From Candidatus Altiarchaeales archaeon (GTDB lineage Archaea; Altiarchaeota; Altiarchaeia; IMC4; SCGC-AAA252-I15): a DNA stretch of 48,168 bases. Positions 18,475 through 25,615 of this stretch are shown here, in pieces (the stretch's first letter is position 1; each line of letters starts with the position of its first letter). The notes beneath the pieces are model-generated. The model searched no databases and was not told where the DNA came from. It saw only the letters and a list, made by a program, of their open reading frames with translations. The DNA lies in NCBI GenBank assembly GCA_014727915.1, contig WJMO01000010.1, positions 1 through 48,168 on the forward strand, given 5' to 3'. The position numbers and the translations under genes were made by a program.

Positions 18475-18610
18475 TTTTAATAGTGTAGGGTATAACCGAC
18501 CACCAGGTGGGGGGTGGTTTTTATACGTCATAACCGTAAATGATTACCGTTTTAATAATCCGCAGCAAGAGACTGCGGTATTTAACGTATATAGGATAAG
18601 ACTGTATAAA

Positions 18611-19024
18611 ATGGATATCAGCCTTTCGTTCAAGAGCTTGGATGCACGCCGGCACGGGGGTTCACAGCAGCATGTGAACATAAACAACAACAGCACCATA
18701 ACCAACGTTTCAGGCGATGAAGGCCGTCTTACGGTCAGTTTCGCGTTCAGCAGCAACTACGAGCCCAACATCGGCTCGGTGAGGATAGAGGGTGACCTGG
18801 TTGTTGAGGGGGATGCGGAGCTCGTGGAGAAGGCGGTCCAGGAGTGGGGTGACAGCAACAGCAGGAACCTGCCCAAGGAACTCGCGGAGCAGGTGCATAA
18901 CACTATCTTGACCAACTGCATCATCGAGGCGAGCGTGCTTGCGAGGGATGTGAAGCTGCCTTCGCCGGTGCCCATGCCCCAGGTGAAGTTGAAGGACAAC
19001 GAGACCCAGAGTTACATCAGGTAA
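18611..19024 (+). CDS. Conserved archaeal protein, probable SecB-like fold
   Basis: Start ATG 18611 (MDISLSFK); INNNSTIT, VSFAFSSNYEPNIGSVRIEG, C-terminal LPSPVPMPQV. Confidence 0.75.
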   Translation: MDISLSFKSLDARRHGGSQQHVNINNNSTITNVSGDEGRLTVSFAFSSNYEPNIGSVRIEGDLVVEGDAELVEKAVQEWGDSNSRNLPKELAEQVHNTILTNCIIEASVLARDVKLPSPVPMPQVKLKDNETQSYIR

Positions 19025-19025
19025 A

Positions 19026-19676
19026 ATGCACGTCGATCAACTGTCAGTGAATGGAGAGGACTATATCGGACTGTTGGGTTATGCAACCGACAAGTACGCG
19101 CTGTTGTCGAATAATTTCCCGGATGTTGAAGCGCTTAGTGTGCCGGTTTTGAAGACCCGGATCTACGGGAGCAACCTTGCTGGTTTGTTCTGCGCGGGGA
19201 ACAGCAACGGCATACTCGCACCCTACTTCATATCCGACCTGGAACTGAAGACGCTGAAGGAATTCGCGGACGAAATAGGGGTGGGGGTCGGCAGGGTGGA
19301 GGGTAAATACACCGCCCTCGGGAACCTGATTGCCTGCAACGACCACGCCGCACTTATATCCAACAACATCCGAGACCACACCACCATAAAGGATGTATTA
19401 GACGTTGAGATAGTGTCGGGTGATGTGGCAGGCCACAGCGAAGTCGGAGCCTACACCCTCGCAACCAACAAAGGCTTCATCACACACCCCCAAGCAGAAA
19501 ACCAACTACAAGATTTAAAGGACATATTGAAGGTCGAAGGCATGACAGGAACCGTGAACAGAGGCATACCCTATGTGAAAAGCGGCCTCATAGCCAACAC
19601 CCACGGCTACATCACAGGCACACAAACAACCGGAATCGAACTACAACGAATAGACGACGCGCTAGGGTTCTTCTGA
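19026..19676 (+). CDS. eif6: Translation initiation factor 6 (aIF6)
   Basis: YIGLLGYATD, GNSNG, TALGNLIACND, ATNKG..THP, GTVNRG, TTGIEL.RI.DALG. Confidence 0.95.
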   Translation: MHVDQLSVNGEDYIGLLGYATDKYALLSNNFPDVEALSVPVLKTRIYGSNLAGLFCAGNSNGILAPYFISDLELKTLKEFADEIGVGVGRVEGKYTALGNLIACNDHAALISNNIRDHTTIKDVLDVEIVSGDVAGHSEVGAYTLATNKGFITHPQAENQLQDLKDILKVEGMTGTVNRGIPYVKSGLIANTHGYITGTQTTGIELQRIDDALGFF

Positions 19677-19690
19677 ATTTTCTTGTTTTC

Positions 19691-19831
19691 TTAGCTCTTT
19701 TTTCTACATTTTGGACATAACATAATAATTATTTTTCCTTTATGATCAGGATATAAGTTATTACAATATATGCAATATCCTTCTAACAATTTGATTTTTT
19801 GTTTGGAAGAAAGACCATTATATTTTTTCAA
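19691..19831 (-). CDS. Zinc-ribbon micro-ORF 2 (46 aa), not in ORF track
   Basis: Hand translation from TTG 19831: MKKYNGLSSKQKIKLLEGYCIYCNNLYPDHKGKIIIMLCPKCRKKS*; CxxC-x15-CxxC. Confidence 0.55.
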   Translation of the reverse strand: MKKYNGLSSKQKIKLLEGYCIYCNNLYPDHKGKIIIMLCPKCRKKS

Positions 19832-19931
19832 TAGTTTTTTTTTCGTTTATACTCTCTGTATTCATACAACCATCACATACCGGCACAGTTAACCCTTTTA
19901 CTTTAAAAATTTCACCACATTTCTTACACAT
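19818..19931 (-). CDS. Zinc-ribbon micro-ORF 1 (37 aa), not in ORF track
   Basis: Hand translation from ATG 19931 (or CTG 19943): MCKKCGEIFKVKGLTVPVCDGCMNTESINEKKTIEKI*; CxxCG-x2-F...CxxC; TATA-like elements at 19994-20010. Confidence 0.6.
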   Translation of the reverse strand: MCKKCGEIFKVKGLTVPVCDGCMNTESINEKKTIEKI

Positions 19932-20054
19932 TCGCTTTTCCAGGTTATGGTTATTCTTTGGTTATACCAGTAAGATTTATCGAGCAGGATAGGTTTAAAT
20001 TTGTATATAAGCAAGATTTATTGTCGGGTGCGTTCGACAAAGTCGAATGCGCCG

Positions 20055-20564
20055 TTAGTCGTCGGCTAATTCCGATTTGTTTAGTGTTTTGATTCTGTGT
20101 CTTCCGTTGGTTTTTTCGAGTGTTTGGATTGTGCCGAGGGGTAGTAGGGTGTTCCAGTCGGTGTCTTCTAGGATTCTTTTTCGGACTTCGGTGGAGCTGT
20201 AGAGGTAGCGGTCGTAGTAGGGTAGGGTTTTGACTTCGTAGCCGGCTTTTTGGAAGATTATGGTTTCGCTTTCGCTGTTGGTCATGAGGACGTCGAAGTT
20301 GATGTTTTCTCTGATCCAGTCCATCCACTTCTGGTTGTCTTCGAAGTCCGGTATCCTTTTTATCTCAAAGGGTGTTTCGATGTTCAGGCTTTCTTTCAGC
20401 ATGGTCTCCCGTTCCTCGGCGGTGAAGGGGTTCTCCGCCTCGCCGGACTTGTTGCAGCTGCCCAATCCTATTATGAGGTATTGGGCTTTGGAGGCCGCGT
20501 ATTCTATCATCTTCACGTGGCCTATGTGAAGTGGTTGGAATCGGCCTATGACGAGAGCACGCAT
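20055..20564 (-). CDS. nadM: Nicotinamide-nucleotide adenylyltransferase
   Basis: GRFQPLHIGH, NPFTAEER, SSTEVR. Confidence 0.93.
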   Translation of the reverse strand: MRALVIGRFQPLHIGHVKMIEYAASKAQYLIIGLGSCNKSGEAENPFTAEERETMLKESLNIETPFEIKRIPDFEDNQKWMDWIRENINFDVLMTNSESETIIFQKAGYEVKTLPYYDRYLYSSTEVRKRILEDTDWNTLLPLGTIQTLEKTNGRHRIKTLNKSELADD

Positions 20565-20597
20565 GGTTAATTATGTAGGAGTTGCTATTATAATATC

Positions 20598-22121
20598 ATG
20601 GGCGTCGGCCAGGTAATCGGTTCCACCACCTTGCGGAATTTCAGGTTCGTCATCAAGGAAGGCGAGGAAGCCAAGGTAAAACGGGACGAGTTCGTCACAG
20701 TAGAGGAGGCGGTGACGGGTAAGAAGGTGTTGGGTGTGGTGAAAGACATCATCATCTCCAATGAACTGCTACCGGATGAGTTCGGGCGTGATCTCAGATT
20801 GGCGGACATCATATTGAAGGAGGGGGAGTATCCGGTGCCGACGGTGAAGGTGCTGGGGATAGAGTCCGAGGACGGTTTGGAGATGCCACGGCACGGGATA
20901 AAGCCCGGGTCGATAGTGGACTTGGCGAGTGATGAGTTGTTAGACCGTATACTCGAGCAGGAAGAGGGTAGGTCCGCGCACGTGGGCAGCCTCTCCACCC
21001 GGGACACTGTCAGGATAAACGTGAACGTGAACGAGATGGTCTCACGGCACTGTGCGGTCCTGGCGATGACCGGAGCGGGGAAGAGCTACACCGTCGGCGT
21101 GCTGGTGGAGGAGCTCATGAAGAAGAAGGGCGCGGTGATCGTCTTCGACCTCCACGGGGAGTTCCTGCAGATGGAATTCGACGACGCCGACGTGAGAGTA
21201 TACAACACCGAGGGAGCCAACACCATAATGGTCGACGTCACATCCCTGCACGCGGGAGACTTCATGAACCTCATGCCCGACCTCACCACCACCCAGAGGG
21301 ACCTGTTGGACGAGGTGTTGGGTTTAGCGGACCGGTTCTACGACAAATACGACCTCAACACCCTGCACAAGATACTCGAGGTCATATACGACATAAAGAA
21401 GGGGGAGAAGAAGAGCGAGGACGCGGAAATGTTCCCAACGAACGTGCTGAAGAGCGTGACCAAGAAAGTCGGGGTCTCCACCGTTGGGGCGTTGATGCGG
21501 AGGATGCGGCGGCTGGAGCGGATGGGCGTGTTCTCCCTAAACGGCACGCCATTGACGGAGGTTGTGAAATCCAACCAGTTGTCCATCATCAACTTGAGCG
21601 ACGCGGACGAGCGGGTAAGCCAGATAATCGTCGCAGCCATATGCAGGGGGGTGTTCAACGGGCGGAGGAGGCACATGAAGTCCGAGAACGGCGGGGGCAT
21701 AGGCACTCCAACGTTAATCGTGTTGGAGGAGGCGCACAACTTCGCCCCAAGGAGCATCGAAGGCGAGTACTCGCCGTCTAGGACCATCATAAGGAAGATC
21801 GCCAGGGAGGGGCGGAAGTTCGGCGTGGGATTGTGCATCGTCAGCCAGCGCCCCAACAAGCTGGACCAGGACGTACTATCACAGTGCAACACCCAGGTGA
21901 TAATGAAGATCGTCAACCCATCAGACCAGGAGTATATAAGGCAATCTGTTGAAACAGTAACAGAGGACATCGTAAGGGACCTCCCCAGCCTCTCACGGGG
22001 CGAGGCCATCATAGTAGGCAGCGCCATAAAGCTGCCGGTGCCGGTGAAGATAAGGGAGCGGAAGACCCGGGTGTCAGGGGAGGACGTGGACATAGTAGGA
22101 GAGTGGAACAATGCCGGTTGA
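20598..22121 (+). CDS. herA: HerA helicase/translocase (HAS barrel plus FtsK/HerA ATPase)
   Basis: RHCAVLAMTGAGKS, FDLHGE, VLEEAHNFAP, IAREGRKFG, SQRP, SQCNT. Confidence 0.9.
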   Translation: MGVGQVIGSTTLRNFRFVIKEGEEAKVKRDEFVTVEEAVTGKKVLGVVKDIIISNELLPDEFGRDLRLADIILKEGEYPVPTVKVLGIESEDGLEMPRHGIKPGSIVDLASDELLDRILEQEEGRSAHVGSLSTRDTVRINVNVNEMVSRHCAVLAMTGAGKSYTVGVLVEELMKKKGAVIVFDLHGEFLQMEFDDADVRVYNTEGANTIMVDVTSLHAGDFMNLMPDLTTTQRDLLDEVLGLADRFYDKYDLNTLHKILEVIYDIKKGEKKSEDAEMFPTNVLKSVTKKVGVSTVGALMRRMRRLERMGVFSLNGTPLTEVVKSNQLSIINLSDADERVSQIIVAAICRGVFNGRRRHMKSENGGGIGTPTLIVLEEAHNFAPRSIEGEYSPSRTIIRKIAREGRKFGVGLCIVSQRPNKLDQDVLSQCNTQVIMKIVNPSDQEYIRQSVETVTEDIVRDLPSLSRGEAIIVGSAIKLPVPVKIRERKTRVSGEDVDIVGEWNNAG

Positions 22122-22356
22122 GGATATCAGGAAGAAAATTGATGAGGTGGATGGGAAGATGCTCGGCCTGCTGGAGAAGCGGGTGGAGTTGACGGAGAAG
22201 ATAGGCCGGGTGAAGAGAGAGAAGGGCCTGCCCATACACGACCCCCAACGGGAAGGTGAGGTGCTGGGGCGGTTGACGGGTAAGACCAGGCTGAACAAGG
22301 ACTTCATCAGGAAGATCTTCGCACAAATCATCGAATACTGCCGGGAAAATGAGTAA
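22111..22356 (+). CDS. Chorismate mutase (AroQ)
   Basis: IRKKIDEVD, KR...IGRVK, DPQRE; overlaps pheA. Confidence 0.9.
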   Translation: MPVEDIRKKIDEVDGKMLGLLEKRVELTEKIGRVKREKGLPIHDPQREGEVLGRLTGKTRLNKDFIRKIFAQIIEYCRENE

Positions 22357-23107
22357 GGTGGCATGTCTTGGGCCGAAGGGGACTTTCACGTCGCAGGCAG
22401 CGGAGAAGCTATACCCCGGAGCAGAACTGGAGTACGTGGACGACGTCGAGGACGTCTTCGAACACGTGAAAGAAGGATCGGGCGAGGGTGTGGTCGCGGT
22501 CGAGAACTCCCTCGAAGGCAGCGTGGGAAAGACCATGTCCTGCCTGCTAGACTATGATATTTACATATCAGGGGAGGTCACATTGGACATAAGCCTTTGC
22601 CTCATAGCCGACGAGGGAGTCAATAGGGGGGACGTGAAGGTCGTTCGAAGCCACCCCCACGCGCTGGCCCAGTGCAGGAAGGCACTGGCGGGACTGAAGA
22701 CCCAGTCGACGAGCAGCACCGCCGCGGCCATACGGGAAGTCAAGGGTAAGAAGGACGTGGTCGCCGTCGGCACAAAGGAGGCTGCTGAAGACTATGGGAT
22801 GAAGGTGTTGGAGGATGGGATCCAGGACTTGGACAGCCAAACCCGGTTCATAGCACTGGCAAAAGAGGACAAGGGCGGGGAGAAGACCTCGGTCATATTC
22901 GCGTTGAAGGACGAGCCCGGCGCACTATATAATATACTGAAGGTGTTCGCGGACGAAGGCATCAACCTCACCAAGATAGAGAGCAGGCCAAGCCGCAGGA
23001 AGCTGGGGGAGTACCTTTTCTACGTGGACTACGAGAACCAGGGCAAAGACCTCAGCGCCCAGCTGAAGGAGAGGACTGACTTCTACAAGTACCTGGGAAG
23101 CTACTAG
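22349..23107 (+). CDS. pheA: Prephenate dehydratase with ACT domain
   Basis: LGPKGTF, ENSLEG, SHPHALAQC, TRF, INLTKIESRP. Confidence 0.95.
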   Translation: MSKVACLGPKGTFTSQAAEKLYPGAELEYVDDVEDVFEHVKEGSGEGVVAVENSLEGSVGKTMSCLLDYDIYISGEVTLDISLCLIADEGVNRGDVKVVRSHPHALAQCRKALAGLKTQSTSSTAAAIREVKGKKDVVAVGTKEAAEDYGMKVLEDGIQDLDSQTRFIALAKEDKGGEKTSVIFALKDEPGALYNILKVFADEGINLTKIESRPSRRKLGEYLFYVDYENQGKDLSAQLKERTDFYKYLGSY

Positions 23108-23109
23108 GA

Positions 23110-25476
23110 CTATCTGATGAAGGACAATTTCGAATTGGCAAGTGATAGCACACCGTCCAATATGGCGGTCGTGTGGTTCAGGTAGACGATCGAAGAAGAC
23201 AGGTTCAGTATGTTGCCGCCGGTGATGTTCAACGGGCCGTTCCGGTTCTGGGTCGGCAGGAGCGAAGTTCCGCTGCAGTTAGTGTAAACGTTCACATTCC
23301 ACGCCGGCTCGTCGGTTGACGCGCCAGAGCACGTGGGACTGGCAGAATAGACTGAAGGGTCGGAACGTGATATGACGGTTCGAGAGTAGTTGCCGTCGGA
23401 GGCGTTGAACCTGTACGTGTGATCACCCTCCAAAAGAGTCGTGTTATAGAAGTAGACAACGCCCGAAACATAGTCTGAGCCGATGGCCGTCATGTCATAG
23501 GGTGAGCCGTCTATGACGACCTGCATGTACTTCGGAGCCTCATTGTCACCGTCGGTGTAGTTGAGGGTGTAATTGAATATGTCCGCTGTGCTCCCGAAGT
23601 CAGGGTTGACTATGGAATCGTATATTTGAGGCAGGTAGTTAACCACCGGAGCGTCAGTGACAACATCGGTCGAATTGTAGCTGACCCCGTCGGAGGCGTT
23701 GAAGTAGTAGGAGTGATTGCCCTGGCTCAAATAGGAGGTGGTATAGTGGTAGAGGACCCCATTTACATAGTCGGCGGAGCCGTTGGAGGCCATGTCATAG
23801 TATGAGCTGTCAATGCGCACCTTCACGAAGAAGGGCGCGTTGTCGTCCGCGTCCGCGTAGGTTACAGTATAGTTGTAGGGTGTGGAGGTGCTGCCGGAGA
23901 GCGGAGAAACCGAGGGGTTGGAGAGGGTGGGAGGTTCAGATGAAAGGACGAGGGACATGAGAGCCCGGTAGACGTCGATGCGTGGTTTGGTCACGTCGCG
24001 TGTGACATTCTTCCCGTTCTCTATGAACGCGGTCTTCAAGGCTGCCGGGGACTGGTAGGAGCCGGTCATGAGCCTGGAATACTGTTGTATCAACGCCGCG
24101 CCGCCGGCAACGTGCGGGGCGGCCATTGAAGTGCCCCCCTTGCTCGCCAAGCCCTCGCCGTCGGCGTCACATGAGCGGATGCTATAGCCGGGAGCCCACA
24201 CATCCAATATGCTGCACCTGTTAGCATGGCATACGACCTTGTCCACGTCAACGTTGGCTGCGGAGTCGTCGCAGGTGTTGCCGCCGGGGCAGGAGCCGCC
24301 GCCCCAGCAGATGGTAGAACTGCCGTCGTAGTCGTAGACGTCACCCACGGACACCACATACTCGTTGCATGCGGGAAAGCCGATGCCTGCCGTATTGGCC
24401 TCGTTACCGGATGATGCGTCTATGAAGATGCCCTGGTTGTATGCCGTCTCCAACGCGGCGCTCGCACCGCCATCCCAGCCCGGCCCGTCACAGGATGCGA
24501 TGTCGCAGAACTGGTAGGTGGGAGAGGAGGTGCCGAGGCTCATTGTTATGACCGTGATGTTGTATTTGCTGCTGTTCAGCGTGCACGCCTCGATGGCTGC
24601 GGCCACATCATCCAATGCGCCGCCTCCGCCGGCGTCCGTGAACACCTTCATGGCCACGATCCTCGCGTCCGGCGCGACTCCCGGGTAGGTGTTGTGGTCC
24701 GTTGCGACGGTGCCGGCAACGTGGGTGCCATGGCCGTTTAGTAAGGGGTGGAGTGTGTCCATGGGGTTCGCATCACCGTCGGCGAAGTCATATCCCCAGG
24801 GAACCTTGTCGCATGAGCCGGCGAGGAACTCGGCAGGAGTGCAACCCCCAAGGTCGGGGTGGGTGTAGTTCACACCCGAGTCGATGACACACACCGTCTG
24901 ATCGTTGCCTGTGATGGTGACGCCGCTTATCTCGATAGAATATATGCCATCGTCGGTGACGTTGATCAAGGGGACGCTCTGGAAATGGTGGGGTTCAACA
25001 GCCGCCACATAATCCACGCGTTCGACGTTATCGTCGGCGAGCAGCATCTCCAATCCTTCCCGTGAAGCGTAGCCTGAGAACCCGTTGACAAGAGTGAACC
25101 TATGACGCACCATGAACTCCGAATCCGGCAGCTTCGGCAGCACCCTGGACTTCGCCCGTTCGGCGTGGCGCTCTATGCTCCTTAGCTCCGCCATCCTACG
25201 CTCCTCCAACGACAGCTGCGAGGAAGCGATATCCGCCATGGCCGGCTTCAGACCCGGGTCCTCCTTCAGGTAGACCATCACGTGAACCCTTTCCCCCGAA
25301 CCGAGGAGGGATAGGTTCTCCCTGAGCCGGGGGGTTATCCTGCCCTCCCGGAGGGATGCGTCAAGGACGGCAGCGAACCCCGGAATATCATCCCTCTGCG
25401 ACGAGGACGTGTGCAATGCAATTAGGAGGGATAGAACTCCCAGGACCAGAAGATTGTGAACGCGGAATTCCACCAT
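23110..25476 (-). CDS. Secreted subtilisin-like S8 serine peptidase with I9-like prodomain and two C-terminal beta-sandwich repeats
   Basis: Catalytic triad VIDSG, HGTHVAG, GTSMAAPHVAG; signal peptide; duplicated module YTVTYADADD..FNASDG / YTLNYTDGDN..FNASDG. Confidence 0.92.
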   Translation of the reverse strand: MVEFRVHNLLVLGVLSLLIALHTSSSQRDDIPGFAAVLDASLREGRITPRLRENLSLLGSGERVHVMVYLKEDPGLKPAMADIASSQLSLEERRMAELRSIERHAERAKSRVLPKLPDSEFMVRHRFTLVNGFSGYASREGLEMLLADDNVERVDYVAAVEPHHFQSVPLINVTDDGIYSIEISGVTITGNDQTVCVIDSGVNYTHPDLGGCTPAEFLAGSCDKVPWGYDFADGDANPMDTLHPLLNGHGTHVAGTVATDHNTYPGVAPDARIVAMKVFTDAGGGGALDDVAAAIEACTLNSSKYNITVITMSLGTSSPTYQFCDIASCDGPGWDGGASAALETAYNQGIFIDASSGNEANTAGIGFPACNEYVVSVGDVYDYDGSSTICWGGGSCPGGNTCDDSAANVDVDKVVCHANRCSILDVWAPGYSIRSCDADGEGLASKGGTSMAAPHVAGGAALIQQYSRLMTGSYQSPAALKTAFIENGKNVTRDVTKPRIDVYRALMSLVLSSEPPTLSNPSVSPLSGSTSTPYNYTVTYADADDNAPFFVKVRIDSSYYDMASNGSADYVNGVLYHYTTSYLSQGNHSYYFNASDGVSYNSTDVVTDAPVVNYLPQIYDSIVNPDFGSTADIFNYTLNYTDGDNEAPKYMQVVIDGSPYDMTAIGSDYVSGVVYFYNTTLLEGDHTYRFNASDGNYSRTVISRSDPSVYSASPTCSGASTDEPAWNVNVYTNCSGTSLLPTQNRNGPLNITGGNILNLSSSIVYLNHTTAILDGVLSLANSKLSFIR

Positions 25477-25615
25477 AACCTATGAGAGGCAAAATTAAAA
25501 ACTATTTTGAAAAAAATAGGGATAGTTTTGAATAAAGTTTAAAATATTCTGGTTTTTTGTTTTCCACTGGTCTGTTGTGTGCGGATATAAAGGTTGTTCC
25601 AATATTCTATTCCAA

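Noticed and set aside
18032-18610. N-terminal extension of the 330-aa ORF in the track
   Set aside because: Overlaps ribL on the opposite strand; the recognisable protein begins at ATG 18611.
19951-20328. 125-aa Arg/Pro/His-rich minus-strand ORF
   Set aside because: Alternative frame of nadM kept open by its A/C-only codon endings.
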